The position numbers were made by a program, and so were the translations under genes. The notes under the pieces were generated by a model that was not told the origin of the DNA, ran no database searches, and saw only the letters and a program-made list of their open reading frames with translations. From assembly GCA_009843785.1 (NCBI GenBank), contig VYCT01000369.1:3655-67654 (forward strand): a stretch of 64,000 nt of DNA. The letters run 5' to 3'. Shown one piece after another: positions 1 through 8,431 of this stretch (position 1 is the first letter of the stretch; every line of letters starts with the position of its first letter). This DNA comes from Candidatus Poribacteria bacterium (GTDB lineage Bacteria; Poribacteria; WGA-4E; WGA-3G).

Positions 1-1
1 A

Positions 2-274
2 ACATTTGCCCAACTTGACAAGGCGATGGCGCGCAAATATCAGATGCCCGGCATTATTATTACGCATGTTGATAAAGAGAGCAAATTGACGGACGTGCTT
101 AAGCGCGGGGACCTCATCTATCAAATTGACGACACTCAAATTCATTCGCTTGAGGTTTTTAAAATCGTTGATGAAAATATCCGCTTCCAATACAAGACAC
201 TCCTCTATTTTGAGCGAGACGGTGTCCATCAAGCCATCCCTGTCACTTTTAATAGAAACAATCGGCGGAGATAA
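2..274 (+). CDS. C-terminal end of a PDZ-domain protein (5' end lies outside the window)
   Basis: The frame is open from the window edge to TAA at 272-274. The segment GIIITHVDKESKLTDVLKRGDLIYQIDDTQIHSLEVF resembles a PDZ domain as found in HtrA/Prc/RseP-type proteins. Confidence 0.45.
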   Translation, partial: TFAQLDKAMARKYQMPGIIITHVDKESKLTDVLKRGDLIYQIDDTQIHSLEVFKIVDENIRFQYKTLLYFERDGVHQAIPVTFNRNNRRR

Positions 275-320
275 GTGTTCTTATAGGCATCAGTTTTCAG
301 TTAATCCACTTCACCGAATC

Positions 321-376
321 TTGACCGAAAACGCGCGCCACATCTTTTAAACATCGGAAATCGCGTTTTCGGTCAA
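321..376. repeat. Perfect 15-bp inverted repeat TTGACCGAAAACGCG ... CGCGTTTTCGGTCAA with a 26-nt spacer
   Basis: Read directly: 321-335 is the exact reverse complement of 362-376. It lies 16 nt upstream of the ATG at 392. The arms resemble the CTTAACC-GAAAACC arms of the heptad elements listed below. Confidence 0.85.
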
Positions 377-391
377 AGGAAAATTAAAAAA

Positions 392-1108
392 ATGAAATTG
401 CAACTCCCCACACTTATTGCTGTCTGCCTTGCTATTCTCCTCATTGGCAGCATCTACTTTTTTGTTGGAGACAAATCGGAGTTGGGCATCGCTGTCAACT
501 TGGAAAGTGAAGAGTTCAAACAAATTCGCACGCATGCCACAGATGCCTTCAACGCCGGACAATATCAACAAGCCATTGAACTTTACAGTCAAGCCATGAA
601 GATGCGTCCCGAAAATGCTGAAATCTTTAACGACCTTGGCGCCGTGTACTACCAACAAGGACTTAAATACGCCGGTCCGAAGTGGCCCTCATGGGAAAAA
701 GAATTGATAGACGAGGGACCTGACGCAGCAGTGACAGCACTCAAAGTCGCTATTGATAAAACAACATCAGGCGCGATCATGTTCAAAACACGCGATGAAG
801 CCGTCGCTGACGCTATCGAAAATGAAGCGAAACAACTCGGTGGCGAAGTATACAGGCAACGCTGGGAAAATGAGATTACGCTTAACATCCTCATCGGAGA
901 AACGAAAACCTATCTGTTGCGAGCCAGAGATCACTATATCTATGCCTTAGATTTGAAGCCAACACATAGCGTCGCCTATCGCAACCTCGGTTCGTTCTTT
1001 ATGAAGGTCGGTAAAACCGATACAGCAATCGATTACTTTCAAGAAGCCTACGAATTGGATCCGCGTGATACTGAACTGGAGGAATACCTCAACCAATTCA
1101 GGAAATAA
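392..1108 (+). CDS. TPR-repeat protein with N-terminal signal anchor
   Basis: Hydrophobic N-terminus LPTLIAVCLAILLIGSIYFFV. TPR-like segments are present (YQQAIELYSQAMKMRPENAEIFNDLGAVYY; AYRNLGSFFMKVGKTDTAIDYFQEAYELDP). Confidence 0.7.
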   Translation: MKLQLPTLIAVCLAILLIGSIYFFVGDKSELGIAVNLESEEFKQIRTHATDAFNAGQYQQAIELYSQAMKMRPENAEIFNDLGAVYYQQGLKYAGPKWPSWEKELIDEGPDAAVTALKVAIDKTTSGAIMFKTRDEAVADAIENEAKQLGGEVYRQRWENEITLNILIGETKTYLLRARDHYIYALDLKPTHSVAYRNLGSFFMKVGKTDTAIDYFQEAYELDPRDTELEEYLNQFRK

Positions 1109-1156
1109 AGCACAAAAATTCTCTCTCTACCTCACAGTTTGAGGAAGGCACGGCTT

Positions 1157-4100
1157 ATGCAGCACAAACTCTGCGCAAATTGTGGGTTTCTGAACCCGTC
1201 ATTTAAATTTTGCGGTGAATGCGGTATGCCGCTTGATGGCACCTCGCGTTCGGCTGAACGCCCCGCAGCAGATACGGTTTCTATTGAACAGGCTTTGCCA
1301 CACGGGGCGGAACGCCGCCAGCTAACCGTCCTTTTTTGTGATATTGTTGACTCCACCGCATTCACCGAAAAACTGGATCCTGAAGAACTCCGAAATCTCT
1401 TAGAAGTGTACCGGACATGTATCATGGAGGTGGTTTTAGCACAAAACGGGCATATCGCGCGCTACTTCGGGGACGGGATCCTCGTTTATTTCGGCTATCC
1501 GATCGCACACGAAGACACAGCCCATCGCGCCGTGAGAGCCGCGTTAGGGATCGTCGCCGCTATAGAAACACTGAATCCGTATCTCCATCAAACCTTCGGC
1601 GTAGAGATTAACGTTCGGATTAGCATCGATACAGGACGGGTTGTCGTCTGGCATATCTCAGGACAAGAAGCTCCCGAAGCGATTGACATCGTCGGGAAAA
1701 TGCCGAACGTCGCCGCAAGGATGGAAAAACTCGCGACACCGAACACCGTTGTGATTGGTGATACAACGCATCAATTGGTTGAAGGCTTTTTCAAGTGTGA
1801 GGCACTCGGGGCATCTATACTCCGCGGTATTTCGCAGCCCGTGAACATTTATCAGGTGTCGGGTGAAATCCCAGCGCAAAGCCGACTCGATATCGCCAGT
1901 GAGAGCGGATTGACACCCCTTATCGGACGAGAGCAAGAGGTTGAACTTCTCAAACAAGGGTGGGCACAAGCACTCGCCGCCAACGGACAAGCACTCCTTA
2001 TTCAAGGAGAAGCCGGTATCGGAAAATCGAGATGTGTGCAGCTGATTCAGGAGCATGTTGAGAGCCACCCGGATGCCGTCACCTTAGAAGGTCGATGCTC
2101 GCCGTATTACCAGAATAGTCCGCTGTATCCTATCCTTTCACTGTTCCAAGAACACGTCGTGCAGTTTACAAACACAGATACGGCACAGAGAAGACTCGAA
2201 AAACTTGAAAACTTGCTGCGGGACTATAACGTTTCGACTGTCGGGCAAGCGGTAGAAGCGCAAGCGGATACGCCGGAAACGCTGCCGCTCCTCGCTGAAT
2301 TATTGGACATACCTTTTGAAATACAGCGGCGCACGGAAACCGGTACGGGTGCTGGTTTATATGGTAAACCGGTCAAACAGGATACATATCCCTCCGAATG
2401 GCAACGCAGACAGCGGCGACAACAGACGTTGGAAGTACTCGTCCAAGTATTGCTGAAGATGTCAGAACGGAAACCGATCCTCTTTGTCGTGGAGGACCTC
2501 CACTGGATCGATCCGTCGAGCATAGAATTTCTTACACTCTTAATCGAAAGGATCGAAAACGCCAGAATTTTCACAATCTTGTCCTGGCGATCCGACACAC
2601 ACCGCTCAATCGTATACAAAAGCCGGCACAACGTACAGCCGAATGAAGATGGGAACCCGCAGACTGTTCCTGATGGGAACTTTACAAATCCTGCCATAGA
2701 TAGAGAAATTCTGGAGAAACTCCTGCGACCCACATGGGCGAAGACCCTGCAGTTAGAGGCACTCACACCGCCCGAAGTCGAAACAATGATTCAGCACGTT
2801 GCGGGCGACACACAACTGCCGCCAAACCTATTAACCAAGATCGTCGAAATGACTGAAGGGGTACCTCTGTTTGTTGAGGAACTCACCCAGATGATGCTGT
2901 CTGAAGTGCCCCATCCCGATGATCGGGATCGGTCGCCTTCAGAAGAAGGCGACGCACTGACACTCTCTTCTGATGCCCTGGATGCAACGCGTTCACAGCC
3001 CCAAACAATGCGGGTGCCTGTGACGCTACAAGATTTGTTGACAGCGCGTCTCGACGAACTCGGTCCCGCGAAGGAGATCATCCAACTCGGAGCGACCCTC
3101 GGTAGAGAGTGGACAGCAGAGCTGCTTCACAAGATCGCAGCCGGCGTTGATCTCGGGAATAATATCTTCACTGATTTCTCATCCTTGAAAGATGAATTGG
3201 ACAAATTAGTAAACGGATTCATCCTCAATCGCAATGAAACGACTGACAACCAGTTTCGCTATACCTTTAGGCATCCGCTTCTGCGTGAGACGGCTTATCA
3301 ATCGCTGCTAAAAAGCAGACGCCAGCAGTATCATCAACAGATTGCAGAGGTCTTGGCGCGCGCGGACGGTTTCCAACCGGAAGTCGTCGCGTACCACTAC
3401 ACCGAAGCCGGGCTGCCCGAAAAAGCCGTTGACTATTGGCACAGCGCGGCGCACCGTGCCTTAGAACGCTCCGCAAACGTGGAGGGTGTGCGCCACATCA
3501 TGCAAGGACTCGCGGCACTTGAAACGCTTTCAACAAATATCAACACCCCGGAACTGCGGGAGGCCACCGAACGGCGGGAACTGGAGCTGCAAACGACACT
3601 CGGTACCGCACTGATTGCGACTAAAGGATATGCATCGCCGGAGGTGGAAGTCGCCTATACACGCGCACGCGAACTCCTGGAAACACTTGAAAAAAGCGCG
3701 GAAGCATACCATCATGATGATCACAATCGCATGACTTCCGCAGAGGAGACCGCTTTAGCAGGCAGCTCCAATGTCTCCCTCGATGGAATAAAAGATCTTC
3801 GATTCCCGGTGCTGTTCGGGCTGTGGCTCTCTCATCTCGTCCGCGGACGCCTCCGCTCCGCCCGTGAACTCGGCGAAGCCTGTTATGCCATTGCCAAACA
3901 AGCTGAGAATCAAGCGTTTGAAGTTGAGGCCCATCGTGCCCTCGGTGCGACACTCTACTATTTGAGCGAATTTAATAGCGCATTAGCACACTTGGAGGCA
4001 GGCATTGAACGTTATCAGCCGCAGCAACATCCGGTCCCAGCGTTTCTCCACTACGCGGCAGAACCCGGAATGACACTCCTCGCCTATTCTTCACCGCTCT

Positions 4101-4867
4101 TGTGGTGCATCGGCTATCCGAGCCAAGCGGAAGAACGGATTCATCAGGCTGTGAGCATCGGAAAGGACACGAACCATCCGTTTAGTGAGGCGGTATCACT
4201 TCACTTCAAGACCGTGCTTTATCAGTACCGAGGCGAACCGGCGGAAGTAAACACCTCAGCAACACAGATGTTACAGATATGTCAAGAGCACGGGTTTTCC
4301 GCATGGGAAGCCGCAGCAACGGTACTCAAGGGTTGGGCATTCGCAGCACAGAACTTCCCTGAAGAAGGCATCGCTATAATTCGTGAAGGCATCAACGCTT
4401 GGAAAGAGACAAGAGGTGAATTACTCATGCCGCTCTTTCTCGCGCTTCTTGGACAAGCTTATCAACGCGCAGGGCAATATAATTTAGCCTTGCAGACACT
4501 TGATACTGCTTTGCATGTCATCACACGTACAGGAGAACGTACCTACGCGGCAGAACTCGCGCGACAGAAGGGCGAACTCTGTCTTATATTTGCCGAGGAA
4601 ACTGAGACCGGCAGCAACGAGAATACACAATCAACCGTCGCAGAAGCGGAATCCTATTTTCAGGAAGCGTTAGCGATCGCACGACAACAAGACGCAAAAT
4701 CATGGGAACTCCGAGCTGCACTGAGCTTAAGTGAATTATGGCGGACACAAAATCGTCGTGAAGACGCATACAATTTACTTCAACCGATATATGCATGGTT
4801 CTCAGAAGGGTTGGATACAAGTGACCTTATACGTGCCAAAAACTTCTTAAAGGAATTGGAGGAATAG
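1157..4867 (+). CDS. Class III adenylate/guanylate cyclase fused to a STAND-type P-loop ATPase and a TPR array, with an N-terminal zinc ribbon
   Basis: CANCGFLNPSFKFCGECG zinc ribbon. Cyclase core RRQLTVLFCDIVDSTAFTE...YFGDGILVYFGYP...GKMPNVAARME. Walker A is LIQGEAGIGKSR, followed by a long TPR-like C-terminus. ATG 1157 has GAGGAAGG 8 nt upstream; the ORF-track TTG at 1139 is less likely. Confidence 0.85.
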   Translation: MQHKLCANCGFLNPSFKFCGECGMPLDGTSRSAERPAADTVSIEQALPHGAERRQLTVLFCDIVDSTAFTEKLDPEELRNLLEVYRTCIMEVVLAQNGHIARYFGDGILVYFGYPIAHEDTAHRAVRAALGIVAAIETLNPYLHQTFGVEINVRISIDTGRVVVWHISGQEAPEAIDIVGKMPNVAARMEKLATPNTVVIGDTTHQLVEGFFKCEALGASILRGISQPVNIYQVSGEIPAQSRLDIASESGLTPLIGREQEVELLKQGWAQALAANGQALLIQGEAGIGKSRCVQLIQEHVESHPDAVTLEGRCSPYYQNSPLYPILSLFQEHVVQFTNTDTAQRRLEKLENLLRDYNVSTVGQAVEAQADTPETLPLLAELLDIPFEIQRRTETGTGAGLYGKPVKQDTYPSEWQRRQRRQQTLEVLVQVLLKMSERKPILFVVEDLHWIDPSSIEFLTLLIERIENARIFTILSWRSDTHRSIVYKSRHNVQPNEDGNPQTVPDGNFTNPAIDREILEKLLRPTWAKTLQLEALTPPEVETMIQHVAGDTQLPPNLLTKIVEMTEGVPLFVEELTQMMLSEVPHPDDRDRSPSEEGDALTLSSDALDATRSQPQTMRVPVTLQDLLTARLDELGPAKEIIQLGATLGREWTAELLHKIAAGVDLGNNIFTDFSSLKDELDKLVNGFILNRNETTDNQFRYTFRHPLLRETAYQSLLKSRRQQYHQQIAEVLARADGFQPEVVAYHYTEAGLPEKAVDYWHSAAHRALERSANVEGVRHIMQGLAALETLSTNINTPELREATERRELELQTTLGTALIATKGYASPEVEVAYTRARELLETLEKSAEAYHHDDHNRMTSAEETALAGSSNVSLDGIKDLRFPVLFGLWLSHLVRGRLRSARELGEACYAIAKQAENQAFEVEAHRALGATLYYLSEFNSALAHLEAGIERYQPQQHPVPAFLHYAAEPGMTLLAYSSPLLWCIGYPSQAEERIHQAVSIGKDTNHPFSEAVSLHFKTVLYQYRGEPAEVNTSATQMLQICQEHGFSAWEAAATVLKGWAFAAQNFPEEGIAIIREGINAWKETRGELLMPLFLALLGQAYQRAGQYNLALQTLDTALHVITRTGERTYAAELARQKGELCLIFAEETETGSNENTQSTVAEAESYFQEALAIARQQDAKSWELRAALSLSELWRTQNRREDAYNLLQPIYAWFSEGLDTSDLIRAKNFLKELEE

Positions 4868-5004
4868 TTATCAGTTATCGGTTATCAGTTATCGGTTAAA
4901 GAGGGCTACTCTGGCAGTAACAGAAAATGCACCTGACACAACAAACCTCTTAACCGAAGACTGAAGACCGAAAGGTTTTTTCGCAAGAAAAACCGAACCG
5001 ACAA
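4867..5004. repeat. Heptad-periodic inverted-repeat intergenic element (copy i)
   Basis: Left arm GTTATCA GTTATCG GTTATCA GTTATCG GTTAAAG (4867-4901). Right arm CTTAACC GAAGACT GAAGACC GAAAGGT (4949-4976). An AT-rich hairpin GGTTTTTTC-GCAA-GAAAAACC follows, then ACCGACAAC. Confidence 0.8.
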
Positions 5005-5016
5005 CTATTAAAAAAT

Positions 5017-5877
5017 ATGAGACTTGGCGTTGTTGGACTCTGCGGCGACTTCCGCACACTGACATCAGATGAAATCGCAAACATTAAGGCTTTGGAATTT
5101 ACGGGATTAAGCTTCCATTTCCGCAGCGCGGAAATCCCGTCTGTGCCACCCGATGCTTGTAACCGCTGTGTGCAAATGTTAGAATCAGCGAAACTTGACC
5201 TCGTGCAATTCGGCATAACTTACGACGAGTGTCTTTTTCATCCAGATGCCGCTGTCCGAGAAGCCGCTATTGAAAGCGTCCAACGCGGTATGGCAACGGC
5301 TGTTTCGCTCAACGCACATCACTATCTGTTCCGTCCGGGCAGTCTCAATCCTGATGGGGCTTGGACTTCCCACCGAGATAACCATCTCCCAGAATCGATG
5401 GAACGGTTGATTGAGACCCTGAAACCGATAGCAGCACATGCCGAACGACATGAACTGACGCTTGTCATGGAGACGCACGCCGTTTCTATTATGGGGTCAC
5501 CGGAAATCTGCCGCGAAGTTGTAGAGCAGGTCGGTTCCGATCGACTTCGCATCGTCATGGATTTCGTCAACCACTTTCAAACACTCCGACAGGTCTACGA
5601 CAGCGAAGACCGTCTGAACCACATTTTCGACGTAATGGGTCCCGTGGCACCGATGGCGCATATTAAAGACATCAGCGTTCAGAACGGTTTGGTACTTCAC
5701 CTTAATGAGGAAGTTCCTGGCGAGGGTGAATTGGCACTCGGTGTAGCACTAAAACGTTTCGACGCACTCTATCCAGACGGCTATGGATTAATAGAACATC
5801 TACCCGCGGAGAAAATTCCGCTCGCGAATCGCAACGTCCGGCGAATTGCCGCCGAAAACGGCGTTCATATCTATTGA
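5017..5877 (+). CDS. Sugar phosphate isomerase/epimerase (xylose isomerase-like TIM barrel)
   Basis: The length and the patterns LTLVMETHA and RIVMDFVNH are typical of AP-endonuclease-2/xylose-isomerase-like TIM barrels. Confidence 0.6.
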   Translation: MRLGVVGLCGDFRTLTSDEIANIKALEFTGLSFHFRSAEIPSVPPDACNRCVQMLESAKLDLVQFGITYDECLFHPDAAVREAAIESVQRGMATAVSLNAHHYLFRPGSLNPDGAWTSHRDNHLPESMERLIETLKPIAAHAERHELTLVMETHAVSIMGSPEICREVVEQVGSDRLRIVMDFVNHFQTLRQVYDSEDRLNHIFDVMGPVAPMAHIKDISVQNGLVLHLNEEVPGEGELALGVALKRFDALYPDGYGLIEHLPAEKIPLANRNVRRIAAENGVHIY

Positions 5878-5887
5878 GGATTGACCC

Positions 5888-8431
5888 ATGATTAAAAACA
5901 TTAGGATAACACATCTTCTAAGGCACCTCTTCCAATCCTATATACTGACCACTATTTTTCTGACGTTCACGCTTTTGTCTACGGCATTTGGACAAGACGA
6001 GACGATCACCGAAACTGTCACAGAAAGTGCACGCGGCCTTTGGTCGCAAGTGGAAGTTTACGGCATAGTGATTATAGTCCTCTTTCTTTTTAGTGCCTTC
6101 TTTTATCTCCTCAGACTTTTTCAGAAAGACAAACTCCTGAAGACACTCCTGAACAAATATGTCGTCTTTCAGATGAAGGAGAACAAACGTTACCGAGGCA
6201 CCATGCGGCTTGAATTCACCGGCATGGAAATTATCTCTGAAGAATCGCGACAGCGCGGACACGCCCCCAGTTATATCTTCACAAACGAGGAACGTGATAA
6301 CCAAATCCTCGCATACGTTCGCTATCATGATACAATGAACGAGCGTGAACTTAGGGAACGCGCCTGGGAGCTCGAACGCTTTTACCATCCACCCTTTATC
6401 TACAAGATACGGCGGAAAATCCGAAATATGTTCGTCGCTCTGAGAGAAGCCTCAAAAAATGCGATTAGCATGGTACTGCAAAGCGTTAAGAAAAATGTCG
6501 GTGGACAGTTTCAACGCTACAACACAGTCTACCAAAAAGCTACAGATGGGAAAGGAGATATAACAGGCCTCGATAGGTTAGACCAAACGACTGAACACTT
6601 GGATAAACAAGAGACCTATGAGCGGCTCATTGAACGCCTCGTCGGCACCCGGATCAAAGTCGAGACAGAGACCGGGGTGTATACGGCTATCCTCAAAGAC
6701 TATAATCAAAAGCATATTGCATTAATGGATGTCAAAGATGGAGACAACAATGGCTACAGAGATACTTGGAACTATGTTCACGAATATAAACACGATATTA
6801 ATGCGCTGAACCGCCGCGATGACCGCGGCTTGCGCTGTCGCGCCGAAGGCAACGATGAAAACGGATATTTTCTCGTTTTTGAAAACAATACACCTTACCA
6901 AATTCAACTCGGGCATGTCGTGCTGCACGATGGGGCCCCCGAATGGGCAAGGAACTATGAATTCAAACACCATATTCAAGCCTTCAGTGTTCAAAAACTT
7001 AAAATTGAACCGGTGGCGCAACACAACGTCGGCCCGTTTCAACGGATTAGAGCGCGTGAGCGACTCACGATCAGAAATTATAAAAAAATTAAACTCGATT
7101 TCCGCTCTTTCCGGGACGCTGACATCATTTTCCCGCGAAAATATTGTACTATTGTCGAAAGCGCAGAGAAATATCAACCCGAACTCTTCAGTCTAAGCGG
7201 CTTGACCGACACAATTCTGGACATGAGCGATACCGAGGACATCGCCATCGCAGACAAAGAGGGAAAACCCATCCACGGCATCAATGTCGTCCACGGATAC
7301 GTGACGAACGTCAACGAAGAACGCATTGATTTGAAGACAATCGATACCAGCTACAGTCGGCGCTGGGATGTTGAAAACGCCTTCCGCCGTTTTGATAATA
7401 AATTCCGTCACGGATTTCCTATTCATAAGAGGCTCCTACCGATAAATCGCGCCAAGATTACAGCGCACGCCTCTATCGTCGAGCAGATACACGATAATGC
7501 TGTTCGGCACGAGGCCTTAGCACCGCTCGTTTATCCCGGACGCAGCTTAGATACCGCAGAACAGCGCGCACGCCGCCGAAAGTTGATACGTAACCGCGTC
7601 GTCGGCGGCATCAATGCTCACTTTAACACCAAGTTTTGGAAACCGAATACGGGGGTTCCCAGGACACCCGGTGTCACGCGCGCAGAAGTCCAGATGGCAA
7701 TGCCAATCAAACTTATGGCATTTACGGGGAATACCTCTACAGTCGAATTTCCGGTACTACAACGTTTTGAATATATTCAGGAACATCATATGATTTATAG
7801 GGAGGTCCCGGATCTACGCACCGATCGACTCCCGAAAACCGATATTTTGTGGATCGGCAACGGTGAAATTTACAAAGCCGGCTACCGACTGAACATTGAT
7901 ACTGAACACCGGATCAAAAATTTCGTCAGCCAAGGGGGTGTCGCCATCGTCTCTGGACAAGAGATCACAGCCAGCACGAAACAGCGCCGTGGAACTGGAT
8001 GGATACCGGAACCACTCACCGGCATCGCATGCGACGAAAGTTACGAATTATTCCCCACATTGCGAGGGAAACGTTCACGTATCTTCCAACACCCGAATCC
8101 ACTGAATGGCAACCACCACACCGATCCGGAGGCGATGGAACAACCCCTGATTCGACTCGATGATATGTGGCTCGATCCACTCGGGAAATGGACATCTCTC
8201 GCTAAAACTAATATCGCTGCAGCCGGATTGCCAAACGACGGGCTTGAAAAGGCATCCGCGCTGCTCCTACTCCCCTTCCAGAAGGGTTTATACATCGTTA
8301 CCAGCTTGAAGAATGAGACAGAAGAGGATGTACGCATCAACGACAAAATTATGGAAAACCTGCTCCATTTCTCTGTCAAATGGCTGGATAAGCAACGTTC
8401 CCCGCGCAAGTTAGAGAGACCTATCAGGTGA
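5888..8431 (+). CDS. Large membrane-anchored protein of unknown function (847 aa)
   Basis: Two N-terminal hydrophobic helices (ILTTIFLTFTLLSTAFG; YGIVIIVLFLFSAFFYLL). No recognisable catalytic motif. The C-terminal 200 aa (DILWIGNGE...FVSQGGVAIVSGQE) faintly resemble GATase1-like/DUF4159 folds. Confidence 0.7.
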   Translation: MIKNIRITHLLRHLFQSYILTTIFLTFTLLSTAFGQDETITETVTESARGLWSQVEVYGIVIIVLFLFSAFFYLLRLFQKDKLLKTLLNKYVVFQMKENKRYRGTMRLEFTGMEIISEESRQRGHAPSYIFTNEERDNQILAYVRYHDTMNERELRERAWELERFYHPPFIYKIRRKIRNMFVALREASKNAISMVLQSVKKNVGGQFQRYNTVYQKATDGKGDITGLDRLDQTTEHLDKQETYERLIERLVGTRIKVETETGVYTAILKDYNQKHIALMDVKDGDNNGYRDTWNYVHEYKHDINALNRRDDRGLRCRAEGNDENGYFLVFENNTPYQIQLGHVVLHDGAPEWARNYEFKHHIQAFSVQKLKIEPVAQHNVGPFQRIRARERLTIRNYKKIKLDFRSFRDADIIFPRKYCTIVESAEKYQPELFSLSGLTDTILDMSDTEDIAIADKEGKPIHGINVVHGYVTNVNEERIDLKTIDTSYSRRWDVENAFRRFDNKFRHGFPIHKRLLPINRAKITAHASIVEQIHDNAVRHEALAPLVYPGRSLDTAEQRARRRKLIRNRVVGGINAHFNTKFWKPNTGVPRTPGVTRAEVQMAMPIKLMAFTGNTSTVEFPVLQRFEYIQEHHMIYREVPDLRTDRLPKTDILWIGNGEIYKAGYRLNIDTEHRIKNFVSQGGVAIVSGQEITASTKQRRGTGWIPEPLTGIACDESYELFPTLRGKRSRIFQHPNPLNGNHHTDPEAMEQPLIRLDDMWLDPLGKWTSLAKTNIAAAGLPNDGLEKASALLLLPFQKGLYIVTSLKNETEEDVRINDKIMENLLHFSVKWLDKQRSPRKLERPIR

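Noticed and set aside
1658-2766. Antisense or overlapping ORFs inside large genes (for example 1658-2068, 2224-2766, 6722-7177, 24360-24881, 48725-49273, 52164-52679, 53714-54154)
   Set aside because: Each lies entirely within a gene with clear family motifs on the other strand or frame. They have biased (Arg/Cys/Ser-rich) composition and no RBS. These are typical shadow ORFs of moderately GC-rich DNA or of repeat-encoding DNA.
4867-4901. A CRISPR array or other spacer-containing repeat
   Set aside because: The repeat unit is only 7 nt, strictly tandem and without spacers. No cas genes are present in the window.
4909-4930. A sigma54 promoter in the heptad-element core (TGGCAG...ATGCA)
   Set aside because: The GG and GC doublets are 4 nt too far apart for the TGGCAC-N5-TTGC consensus in copy i. 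Copy ii has no GC element at all.
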